51,265 bases of DNA, from assembly GCF_001194135.2 (NCBI RefSeq), contig NC_068990.1, positions 5,015,371-5,066,635 of the forward strand, in the 5' to 3' direction. The position numbers and the translations under genes are program-made. The notes under the pieces are model-generated. The model saw only the letters and a program-made list of their open reading frames with translations. It had not been told where the DNA came from and did no database searches. Origin of the DNA: Octopus bimaculoides (Eukaryota). Position 1 is the stretch's first letter, and each line of letters starts with the position of its first letter. Shown here piece by piece: positions 39,748-51,265 of this stretch.

Positions 39748-39987
39748 TCATCATCATCATCATCATCATCGTTTAACGTCCGCTTTCCATGCTAGCATGG
39801 GTTGGACGATTTGACTGAGGACTGGTGAAACCGGATGGCAACACCAGGCTCCAGTCTGATTTGGCAGAGTTTCTACAGCTGGATGCCCTTCCTAACGCCA
39901 ACCACTCAGAGAGTGTAGTGGGTGCTTTTACGTGTCACCCGCACGAAAACGGCCACGCTCGAAATGGTGTCTTTTATGTGCCACCCG
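39748..39987 (-). mobile_element. young F1 copy truncated by the assembly gap
   Basis: CpG-rich, with 3 substitutions over ~175 bp relative to 51081-51260. Confidence 0.9.
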
Positions 39988-40950
39988 NNNNNNNNNNNNN
40001 NNNNNNNNNNNNNNNNNNNNNNNNNNNNNNNNNNNNNNNNNNNNNNNNNNNNNNNNNNNNNNNNNNNNNNNNNNNNNNNNNNNNNNNNNNNNNNNNNNNN
40101 NNNNNNNNNNNNNNNNNNNNNNNNNNNNNNNNNNNNNNNNNNNNNNNNNNNNNNNNNNNNNNNNNNNNNNNNNNNNNNNNNNNNNNNNNNNNNNNNNNNN
40201 NNNNNNNNNNNNNNNNNNNNNNNNNNNNNNNNNNNNNNNNNNNNNNNNNNNNNNNNNNNNNNNNNNNNNNNNNNNNNNNNNNNNNNNNNNNNNNNNNNNN
40301 NNNNNNNNNNNNNNNNNNNNNNNNNNNNNNNNNNNNNNNNNNNNNNNNNNNNNNNNNNNNNNNNNNNNNNNNNNNNNNNNNNNNNNNNNNNNNNNNNNNN
40401 NNNNNNNNNNNNNNNNNNNNNNNNNNNNNNNNNNNNNNNNNNNNNNNNNNNNNNNNNNNNNNNNNNNNNNNNNNNNNNNNNNNNNNNNNNNNNNNNNNNN
40501 NNNNNNNNNNNNNNNNNNNNNNNNNNNNNNNNNNNNNNNNNNNNNNNNNNNNNNNNNNNNNNNNNNNNNNNNNNNNNNNNNNNNNNNNNNNNNNNNNNNN
40601 NNNNNNNNNNNNNNNNNNNNNNNNNNNNNNNNNNNNNNNNNNNNNNNNNNNNNNNNNNNNNNNNNNNNNNNNNNNNNNNNNNNNNNNNNNNNNNNNNNNN
40701 NNNNNNNNNNNNNNNNNNNNNNNNNNNNNNNNNNNNNNNNNNNNNNNNNNNNNNNNNNNNNNNNNNNNNNNNNNNNNNNNNNNNNNNNNNNNNNNNNNNN
40801 NNNNNNNNNNNNNNNNNNNNNNNNNNNNNNNNNNNNNNNNNNNNNNNNNNNNNNNNNNNNNNNNNNNNNNNNNNNNNNNNNNNNNNNNNNNNNNNNNNNN
40901 NNNNNNNNNNNNNNNNNNNNNNNNNNNNNNNNNNNNNNNNNNNNNNNNNN
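39988..40950. other. assembly gap (963 N)
   Basis: Run of N. Confidence 1.

Positions 40951-40988
<38 letters not shown>
40951..40988. repeat. (AT)n microsatellite at the gap edge
   Basis: Seen directly. Confidence 0.95.
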
Positions 40989-40995
<7 letters not shown>

Positions 40996-41004
40996 CACAT
41001 GACA

Positions 41005-41150
41005 GGCTTCCTTCAGTCTCTACATACCAAATACACATACAAGACTTTAGTCAGTCTAGGACTACAGTAGAAGACTTTTACTCAAGGTGTCATGCAGTGA
41101 GACTGAACCTTAAGCTATGGGGCTAGGAAGCAAGCTTCTTAACCACACAA
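41005..41150 (-). mobile_element. SINE family F2 5' half
   Basis: GGCTTCCTTCAGTCTC...GTAGAAGAC...GCAGTGAGACTGAACC...GAAGCAAGCTTCTTAACCACACAACC. Confidence 0.8.
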
Positions 41151-42914
41151 CCATATCTACACCTAGCCACATAGTTATGCTAGCACCTATCCACACAGCC
41201 TTGTCTGCACCAATACAAAAAATAATTAATGCCATATCTGTCCCCTACCTCCTAAAAGAACCCCTTAAAACACTACGAATGTTGTACAATATTGCTGTCT
41301 GGTTGACATTTTGCCTAGAATCTTGGCAACGATTTCTGACTATTAAGTGGACTGAGTTAATGTGAATTGTCTTGCTTAGAATTACTGTAAAATAATGTTT
41401 GAGGCAGGTTCAACCATGGAACTAATAATGAAATATTTCATTCTGTCAGTTATTTTACCTGTACATGCTACTGCTATTCATCCTTCCAATGAATTTAGGT
41501 CTTGAATACATTCACACAGTACAATTATCTGCTCTTTATTTACAATTGTAGTTCATGATAAAGTTTTATTGGAAGGTGATGTCTAAACTCAAATTCCACT
41601 GTAGAATTAGTAGAAATGTTCATGTGCTTGGGGAAGAAGAGGAATATAATGTCCTGGAACAGTCCCTTCATTTGAGAGGGGAAATTAAGTTGTTCTCAAA
41701 TGAAAAAATTGTCTTGAAATGTCTGTTGATTTTCTTCTTCCCATAGAATAAAACTTACCAAAATCATAAACATTACTGCAAAATGTTTACCAATGCAGAT
41801 CATCCTCAGTCTCACCAGACACTGTTTACTACCAATGCTATATTTCTTGCCAATTTGTGTCTTTTATGTATTATGTACTAGAATATTTTATATTTTCAAG
41901 TGTTGAGAAAGTATTAACAAATGTGCATGGAATTAGGAAAGACATCTCTGAGAAGTGACATATGGAAGATGCAAGAAGGATGGAAGGTATTATAAGCTAA
42001 TGCTGGAACAAAGTTGGACAAGGAAAACTAAAGAAAGATCTAAGATGAAAATCCTATATAAGAACTTGAGTGTTTGACCTCCTGGATAAATGGTGTGAGA
42101 GAAACTGATTGCTTAAGTGTGAGAAAATCAATCTGAGCTGATGAAACCATTTCTGATAAAAAAAAAAATGTATAATCATAATAGGCTTTTAACAAAATAA
42201 TAAAGATTATAGTGGTTTTCCTTATGAATACCAATACTTCATTACAGAAGTTGATTTACATGTTCTTTTCATAAGCAAAGATTTCATATAGGAATCTAAA
42301 TGAAACTATTCAGTGGTGGAGGGGCGATATTTAATCAAAATACAAGTTATTATTAAATGAAACTATTTAATATGGTGAAGTAGAAGAAATGGTAGAGTTT
42401 GGGACAAACTATTTTGTAGTATTTTGTTGTCATTTACAATTTGTGTCACAAATTGTACTAGAGGAGAATTTGCTTTTGCTTTCAACCTCAAGGCTTGTGA
42501 ATATTAGTACAATTGACACTGCAGTCCTCAGCACTTTCTCTACAGAGGTGTGGTTTTCTGATAATGTAAGAATTATTTCATGCTTTTTAAATCATGTTAC
42601 TGAAGAAGCATGTCATTATCAGTTAGAATAAAAATTTTAAGATATCAACAAAGAATTTATTTCTCATTGTCTTTTGCCAAAGATGAAAAGGGTACTAATC
42701 AGTTTCAATGAGAATAAGAAAGTTAGTAAAAGTAAGAAAATTTTAAAATAAAAGGGTAAGAATGGTGACCAAAAATGTGAGTAAGAGAGAAATTAAAAAA
42801 TTGAGCAAAGAACCAGAAAACAAATATCAGGCATATGTTTAGTACTTTGTTGTCACATTAAAAAACTATTTTGGGTAAATTTTGCTGATAATCTGGTTTG
42901 ATAAAACAGAAAAA

Positions 42915-43260
42915 TAAGTTTTAAAAAGGTTGTTGTGTAAGGCCAGATAATGTCAGAAGGTAAAAAGTAAACTACAAAAGGAAAAGAAAAGAAAACAGAA
43001 CAAAGTTGTAGCTTTACATTGTATTTCTGTATTTCAGGGTCATCTTCTTCCCCTACCTCTCCAACATCTGAGCAATGACTTTTTCCAACTACTGCTTTTT
43101 CCAAATGTCCTGAAGAAGGGGATCTTCATCCCGAAATATAGAAATACAAGGTAAAACTGCAACTTTGTTCTGTTTTCTTTTCTTTTCTTATCCTTTTGTA
43201 GTTTACTTTGTGTCTTTTTGCATTGTTCCGGCCTTGCATAACAACCTTCTTTAAAGTTAT
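42915..43260. repeat. long inverted repeat (fold-back) built from two HHR-bearing arms
   Basis: 42915-43040 is the reverse complement of 43129-43260, including a 28-nt perfect run CAACTTTGTTCTGTTTTCTTTTCTTTTC. Weaker similarity extends inward over the HHR cores. Confidence 0.9.
43105..43145 (+). ncRNA. minimal type-I hammerhead ribozyme, core intact
   Basis: ATGTC-CTGAAGA(43110-16)-AG-GGGAT-CTTC-ATCCC-GAAA(43133-36)-TATA-GAAAT. Helix II is 5 bp, helix I has 4 of 5 pairs, and the predicted AUA cleavage follows 43140. Confidence 0.7.
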
Positions 43261-46114
43261 ACCCCACAATACTTCACCAAAACTACCTCAGAAAAAAAAA
43301 AATAAGCCGCTGATGGAAATCATCAGATATTATATAAATCAATATAAACAAACCCATACCTACATATGATGGTTAGTGAAATTAGGGGACCAAGCTTTGC
43401 TTGAAACATCTGTTAACTGTTTCAAAGAGAACTTTGCAGGAAGAATCAGAACTCAAGTCTCACTATGTTATAGAAACTTGCAAACATAAACAGGAGAGCT
43501 GGTGTTTTGTTTTATCCTTTATTTGCAGAGAAGATGAGTTACAGCTTATGATGGAAATTAGTTATGTACATAGATAGAAATAGAAACTAAATTTTAATGA
43601 GATTAGATTAATGTATCTGAAAGTCTTCACTTTGAAATACATGTAATGTTTAAAAGGAGAATATAAGTTTGACATAAAACTATTCCCTTATCTATAACTT
43701 TATCATAAACCATTATCATTATTAAATCAGAAACCATATATGATGAACAAGTGAAACGGTCGTTGTTTTGTTAAGCCAATTGCATCATTCAGGATCTTGT
43801 CCCTTTTCAAGTGATGTCACTAAAACTTATCAAGTTTATCTTTTTATTTACAGCTTATATTTTTGTAATAGCACAAATCATACCAATATAAACTAGGTTA
43901 AATAAAAATTTTGATTTAACCATAATGTAGTGCCTTTTCATATCCCAAATCAATAACTTGCTTTGTTTTGATTTCTAATAAATCAAGATTGCAGGGGAAA
44001 TTTAATTTTAATTCACCCTATTCTATATATTTTCCATTCTTGACATAAAAGGACACAATGAAGTAAAAATGAAGTACACAGAAAATCATTTTTTCATACA
44101 CATATTTCAATATGTATGTTTACATAAATAAATAACTCTTCACCAAGGATTAAAGTATAGACCATAAAGAATAATAGAAAATATTTTGATTAATTTATTA
44201 TTGAGCTGCCAAGAAAATGATGCTTTCCTGATAAGCATTTTCAATGAAAACAATTAAATCGAATATATTTTCCCATCACATTTCAGAGAAAATGTTGGTA
44301 TTTATGACTAAAATGCAGCCAGAATACAATTATATACAGCCATTATGAAGTTGTGCCATTAATGAAAAATGACAGTTGAGTATTTGGAGAGAGCAGTTCA
44401 GTTAATTGTAGTTCAGAGGCTCGAGAATACACACATGTGTTTGTGAGTGTGTATATGTTTATGTGTACATGTATATCTTTCAATGTTTGTATGACTGAGA
44501 TGTGGTAGTTTTTTTGCAGGTAGTTTTGCAATTTTTACAATTCCATGCTGCTGTTAACTTCATCTCTTAACAGTGATATAGGAGTGTAATCTGGATTGTC
44601 AGTCATGCAAAGTAGTGTAAGTAAAGAGTTATGATATTGCCCTTGTGCACAACAATAGATAGAGTAATATGGCACTGGTCATTAACCAACTGTCTTATCC
44701 TCACAGGAATATAGATGAATATGCATCAGTAGTAACAGATGCACATCACTAAATAGCTCATATAAGGTTGACTTCTGGTAACAGCAATTTTCTTTTGTTT
44801 GTAGTTCCCTAAAGAGAACTACAACAAAAGAACATTAATGTATCAGTATAAACACACCGCACTGGCTTCTATTATTTTTCGGTAGCCATTCTGAATTGCT
44901 AAAGAGAATTATGACTGGCTTATAGATGTATTTAATGGCTTTGTTCTCTTTAAATTAATTGCTAAAACAATTGCCTGCAGCTTGTTTATGAAGGCTTGGA
45001 TTGTTTAACATTTTTTATTCAGTGTTTGCAGCTCCTATTTTATCAAATTATTATATGCTGTTCATGGCTGAAATAGCTCAACCAATCATTCTATAAGTTG
45101 CCACTTTTATCTAGTAGAGCAAGGTATTAAAAGTTTCAATGATAACAACAGTAATGTCTGGATAAGATACATAATACATTGTGTTGGCTTTGCATGTACA
45201 TGCATGCACCAATTTTGAATTATGGGATAGAAAAGCTCACTGGGTAGCGTACTAAACTCTGATCAGCTCTTTTTATCTGATATACTTATTCAAATCTTGA
45301 ATGTTCAGTACTAGGAAAAAACTGTTTCAACAATAAAAACTCATGAGCATGGAAAAATGGATGTAAAACAATCATTGTATGCTTGGATTCCTTCAAAAAG
45401 TGCATATTTTGATTTATGATCACTTTGGGAAATTAGAAGAACCAAAAATTTGTGTAATGATGGTGTGTTGCATTTCATTATGTTCAAATTTTACAGAACT
45501 GATTTCCTTCATGATTTGTGTTTTAGAATGAAAAACAAACCCTGAATAATATGCAGATTAAGAATCACCGATTGATTTCTAGAAAAAAAATAATTCATCT
45601 AAAACGTTCCTTAGTTAATTGAAACATGTTTTAGGTGATTATGAAAACTCTAACCATTTGCAAAATTTAATTATAGTTGGATCTCTCAATATAATATTTT
45701 TACATTAAGCTTAAAAAAAAAAAAAGGAATAGAGAATTTGTGAACAAATTCAAATTTGTTCAAGTAGTTCATTGAAATAAAAACCATTTCATTTGATCAA
45801 TGTGTACATGATCAATAAAATAAAATAAAAAATAAGTATATTTTGAGCTTTAAAACTACAAATTCCATTTCTGAACAAATTGACACTACATTGATATAAC
45901 TGCTTATTTTTGCCCATTATGATCAAAAGCAGAAATTGCAGTATGATTTGATGAATAAATGTCTTGCTGAAACCATGACAATCAAATAATTCACTTAATA
46001 ATTAGAATCAATATTTGGAATACATTGGAAACTTAACTAAAATGTCTACTTCTACTTATTCCAAATTCCTACACCGTTGCTTTCACAAGTGTTTTTCATG
46101 TTAAGGAGCTTAGC

Positions 46115-46310
46115 TGGCAAAATCATTCGAGTGTAGGAAAGAAAATTGCTTCATGGAATTTGTTTTATGTTCTAGGTTCAAATTCTGTCATAGTCTTTTG
46201 TAATTTTGTGGTCAATAAACTAGATTAATGGGACTGATACTGGGACTGATTGTGTTGACTTAACCCTCCCCGTCAAAGTTGCTGGCTTTCTGCATAAATT
46301 AAAAACAATC
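46115..46310 (+). mobile_element. SINE family F3 copy, decayed
   Basis: GCTGGCAAAATCATT...TAGGTTCAAATTCTGTC...GTTGACTTAACCCTCCCCGTCAAAGTTGCTGGC. Confidence 0.55.
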
Positions 46311-47093
46311 ATTAGTTTTGACATTAATAGGTAATAAATGTGGGAATAAGACAAATAAAAGTTTAAATGCCTTGTCATATTTAGTTGCATCTCTTTACAT
46401 TCTCAGATGATATCTTGTCAGTGCCAAGTAACAGGAAACTGTAGGAGTGGTTTAAATTGACTACACCTTTACCAGGAAATGTGTAGTTTTGTACAAGAGT
46501 ATGGAATCAATATTAGTTTTCACAATCCTAGCTGCTTCCTTTGGTCATTCAAACAACAAACTATTGACCCACATTTCCAATACACTATTTATAAACTTGT
46601 GCTTCAGTTAACACTGTTTAATATCAATTCATTCTTCACTGTACACTTTACAGACTTTAGCTGTTTTAAATGTCAACTTTAGCATATTGGTTCAACTGAT
46701 GAACTGACTGACTGGAACTTGCATGCTAACAGCTTTGAGTGCAAGACTTAAACTGTACTGACCAGTGAGGCTTCACTTTGATTTTCATAACACTAGAACA
46801 AGTACGTATTGTGAATTGTTGTTGTGCAACCCTAGGTCAGGCCAGATTGAGTAGTTTTATGATATGCAAGTAATAGTCAAACAATGAAACCTGACCTACA
46901 AATCCTGCTTTCTACTTATATCATATCTGCATAAATGGTGAACACATTACATATTCCCAATGGTCAGTGATAAATTGTAACTGGTGCAGTGTTAGATTTT
47001 GGATATATATATATAGCACTATCTCAATTGTCTTGTATACTCATAGTTTCTGAGAGTAGCAACTGTTGGGTAGCAAGGTAAACTTGGTCAGCC

Positions 47094-47154
47094 ATGACAT
47101 TTGCTGTTGCTTTGTACTTATTGTTGGTGATGCTTATCTCAGAAGAATGCAGGT
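47094..47154 (+). CDS. candidate signal-peptide exon (MTFAVALYLLLVMLISEECR, phase-1 donor)
   Basis: GCCATGA start with an upstream in-frame stop, a hydrophobic 13-mer and GTAAGT at 47155. No convincing partner exon found. Confidence 0.2.
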
Positions 47155-47321
47155 GTAAGTATTTGTTGATAAATGTAATGATTTCTCCAGGCTCCAGGTA
47201 GCTGTGTACTCTTCATTTTGACTTGCCTTGGAGTTTCTGAATTTTTTTCTTTTTTTTTAGCTGTCTTTTTTGCTTTTAACATGTCTGTTGGAAGAACATA
47301 ATTAAATCTTTTGTCTAGAAA

Positions 47322-47485
47322 CAGGTGTGGCTGTGTGCTAAGAAGCTTGCTTCCCAACCACATGGTTCTTAGTTCAGTCCCACTGTGTGGAAGCTTGGGC
47401 AAGTATCTTCTACTATATCTTCATGCCAACTAAAGCCTTGTGAATGGATTTTGTAGACAGAAACTGAAAGAAGTCCATCATATAT

Positions 47486-47551
<66 letters not shown>

Positions 47552-47755
47552 TTGACTCTCCACCACTGCATTGACAACCAGTGCTGGTGTGTTTAGGTCC
47601 CTGTAACTTAGTGGTTCAGCAAAAGAGACTAATAAAATAAGTACCATGTTTAAAAAAATAAATGCTGGGGTCACTTAATTTTACTAAAAATTCTCCAAGG
47701 TGGTGCCCCAGCATGGCCACAACCTAAAGACTGAAACAAATAAAAGATAAAAGAA
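47322..47755 (+). mobile_element. tRNA-headed SINE family F2 copy with internal (GT)n (47492-47546)
   Basis: CAGGTGTGGCTGTGTGCTAAGAAGCTTGCTTCCCAACCACATGGTTC...CCCAGCATGGCCACAACC...GACTGAAACAAATAAAAG. Confidence 0.9.
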
Positions 47756-50700
47756 TTTAGGTAGAAAGTGTGCATTTTCCATTTTATGGATTTTGGTGGC
47801 TAATTTTTAAGAAATGTCTAATGCATTTGCAGTGTATGTATACTGAGGTTGTTATTATGACACATAACATAGATTGTCCATTGTTTCTGATGCTATAATA
47901 TCTTTCATATGATGTTCTGCTAAGTTTGTAGTGTATGTTTGATACAAGTGTATGACACTTTTTGCTTTTCATATGGTTTATTTATTCATTTATTTCCTTA
48001 TTTAGTTGTTTGATGCTGAGCTTTATTTTGGTTGTCTGCTGCTTTGAGATATTGTATTTTAAGTTATCTCTGATATTTATAAGATTGGTTATTTCTGATG
48101 TTTAATTGGGTTATGTTTCTTTACATGAGTTATGTGGGTTAGATGCTTCTATAATTAGACTATAATAAATGCATGTTCTCATGTAGTAGACCAACCCCAT
48201 TGTGGAATAATCAGTCTTATCTGATTTGAGTATAATTTGGAATGAAGATTTTCTGTGTTCTGGTAGTAAAAAATCTTTTCAGAGTTATAAGTACTACTGC
48301 TGTGAATGATGATGATCCTGTAGTTCCACAAAGGGACTTTTAATTGTATCTGTGAGTTTTGAAGTTTTACAATATTTTTGTATGGATGACATTTATTCTT
48401 TAATGTATTCTGAGTGATTCTGTGATGTTGGGAGGGACAGTTGTTCTTCTTTCTTTTTTATTTTACCTGTAAAGTCATGCGTTTATGAAAATTAGTTTTA
48501 TATGTTTTTGCTTGGTGTTGTTTGTGAGTGATTTCGAAAACTTTGTAAGGCATAGAGGTGTCTAAAAGCCTTCTCAGTGGAGATTTGTAGTCATTGCCTT
48601 CACATGTAAAATATTTTCATGAATCAAGTAAACAACATCCAGTTATCCTCTAAGACATGATTATACTATCTTCCTTTCTGACATATTATATTTAGCATTA
48701 TTTGATCTTGTGGGATTAACTATATTTTAAGATGGTAAGATAGTTTCTAATGAAAATTTGGTTTTGATTTTTTGCAGGCCGAGGCACTACGTAATGACTT
48801 TCTTGAAAAATTTCTGTCATCAATTCAAGTATCTATGCAATTTACTCAATGACATCCACAAACTGTCACATCCTGTCATATATTCAGGATATTACAATCC
48901 ATTATTTTCTATATTATGATTGAAGTGTACATGCTATTTTCCAAATATAAAAATTCATGCCTTGCACTACCTATGATATTACAAATCTTTTGTATGCCTG
49001 TGTATTGGTATCATCTAATAAATATTTCCTATTTCTTTTTCATATTCCATACTATAATAGAAATGTAAATACACATTTATCTGTATTAAAAGTATTCCTA
49101 TTTCAAAAGAATATGTATATTTGAAAAAAAAGTTACTGCATTCAATAACTGAAGATAAATATATATAAATTTTAAAAATGAATTGTTTTTAAGGAAATAA
49201 GTTTTGAGTTATACTACTTCAAAGCATAGAGGAATTCTAATTCATTATTAAAAACTTATAGCTATGAATTTTATGAGAATTGCACTGGCAAAATAAAAGA
49301 ATATTTGACAAATTTACAATATGAAAGAAAAACCTATTTCAACAATTTTGCAAAATATATTTTACTATTATTATTGTAAATACAAGAATTATTATCAACA
49401 ACATTTAAGCAAAAGAAAATAAAAAAAGCATTTTTTACTAAAATGCAAGACATTGTTGAAATTAATATAACCAAAAAATTAATTTTGAATAATATAAATC
49501 CCTTAAAATGTACCTTTTGATTCTAAACTACTTATTGAAAAATAAACTTTGTATTCTCTGCAACAGAAACATAGAGAAAATTATTCAGTCAATAGTTTAA
49601 CATTGGTTTTTTCAATCTAAATTACTCTGTTACTGTCTATGAATGGAGCACTTTAATTATGGAGCAAAACTGAAGTTATAATTTATTACATACACAACAT
49701 CTATATTATTTATAAGACAATTGACTGGACAAGAGTATAAGGAAATTGAAAACATATTCTGTTATAGATATGACAAGAGATGACATTTATTATTTATATA
49801 TTTGTAAAGAATACTGCTGATGAATATTTTAGGTTAATACATACATACGTTTCTAGGATTTTACAGCTCAGTGGAGCAGCTACTGTAGTTCATTACTAGG
49901 ACTGTGAATAAAATACCAGTCATATGCATTATCTTCAAATATGAAAATAAGGATGGAGTACGATTATTAAAGCTTCACCAGCATGACTAAAAAGTATAGC
50001 AAAATAGATAATATTACTGATTGATTGTCTTCAATGTCATTTCAAAGTTGTTTATCACTTGACACGCAGAGAAAAATAATATATAACTCAATAAGTAGAA
50101 AGACTATAATTTTCAAAGATATGCACTTGTAACACTGCTTCTTGAGTACTAACAATGAAGAATTTATACCATTTCCAGAAACAAATGCTTTATAAAAATA
50201 TCATTTCAAAAGAATGTATATCATGGTTCTCTATGAACTTACATGGTTTTTTGAAAACTACAGGATTGCTGGGATTTCCATGGCACTAACAGCAGGTATA
50301 ATGCTTGTTTGTGAAAACGTGAATGTAACTAATTGTATTGAGCCAAAAATATTATACTTAGTCTTAGAGAGGTGGAAAGTAGGGCTAATATCAGTGGGGT
50401 TTAAACTTTAAATATAAAGGACTGAAATAAAATTTTACTATGGTTTCAAGCCAGTGTCTAGCTCTCAGTCACATCTACTCCCTAACTCATTGCAATACAA
50501 TTACTGGTTGAAACAGGTATGATTTACTGGTTGTCTAATATTTGCAAGAATAAAGATACAAAAATTATTAGAAATATCCATAGTAAATTGTTTAATGTTA
50601 ATAGACTGATTAATAGTTATTCGCATTATAAGCTATATTTATGTTATTAATTCAATTTATATATTTTTACTTTTAGTAATTCTGTAGGTACTAAAAACAT

Positions 50701-50974
50701 CTGACAATACATTATCATGTTCTGTAGAAAATACAAATGTTTTCTTGTTTGAAGGCTATTAATAACATAATAACATATGTATGGATGAATATAAGTAACA
50801 TGGATTATTTCTTAGACCTAAATTCCTACCAAGTAGAGAAATAGAAAGAGTTCTATTCAATATATAGAAAGCAGTTTGAAAGTAAGTGCTTATTGTTAAA
50901 AAGAAAACACATGCACACACACACACACATACACATGCATGCATGTATATGTGTATGTGTGTGTATGTATGGTG

Positions 50975-51070
50975 TGACACCTTGCACAAGTGACTTCTAC
51001 TATAACCTTGGGCCAACCAAACTTGTGAGTGGATATGGAATATGGAAACTGAAAGAACCCCGTTGTGTGT
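50975..51070 (+). mobile_element. SINE family F2 internal fragment
   Basis: CACCTTG...CTTCTACTATAACCTTGGGCCAACCAA...GGAAACTGAAAGAACCCCGT. Confidence 0.75.
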
Positions 51071-51080
51071 GTATATATAT

Positions 51081-51260
51081 CATCATCATCGTTTAACGTC
51101 CGCTTTCCATGCTAGCATGGGTTGGACGATTTGACTGAGGACTGGTGAAACCGGATGGCAACACCAGGCTCCAGTCTAATTTGGCAGAGTTTCTACAGCT
51201 GGATGCCCTTCCTAACGCCAACCACTTAGAGAGTGTGGTGGGTGCTTTTACGTGTCACCC
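51081..51260 (-). mobile_element. young F1 copy running to the window end
   Basis: Near-identical to 39761-39940. Confidence 0.9.
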
Positions 51261-51265
51261 ATATA

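Noticed and set aside
39825-41126. Long ORFs of 354-433 aa
   Set aside because: Artefacts of translating the N gap.
41780-41812. Minus-strand CTGAGGA-T-GATC...GGT-AAAC hammerhead-like string
   Set aside because: It needs a deletion in the core and has no related copies in the window.
43038-43150. 113-nt plus-strand exon (SSSSPTSPTSEQ* or GHLLPLP...)
   Set aside because: Both splice-like borders are produced by the inverted-repeat arms, so there is no independent evidence for a gene.

Overview
AT-rich metazoan genomic DNA with one assembly gap (39988-40950, 963 N). The interspersed repeat families look like those I recall from coleoid cephalopods, probably Octopus; this is inference and was not database-checked. 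I could not support a host protein-coding gene model. Most listed ORFs are microsatellite, gap or decayed-transposon artefacts, so the window reads as intronic or intergenic. It holds about 20 SINE-like copies from three families, a ~1.3 kb decayed CR1/L2/Jockey-group LINE RT, an RTE LINE fragment, a ~1 kb Penelope-like element (PLE) remnant (RT C-terminus plus GIY-YIG), a piggyBac-type MITE and two Helitron-like ends. The main unlisted signal is a set of five minimal hammerhead-ribozyme (HHR) motifs of the form CUGANGA-stem II-GAAA-UAUA. One sits at the 3' end of the PLE remnant. The other four form two back-to-back inverted pairs (~25.4-25.8 kb and ~42.9-43.3 kb) that fold into long hairpins. 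The copy at 43110-43140 keeps an intact catalytic core. Repeat boundaries are read by eye and approximate to about 10-30 bp.
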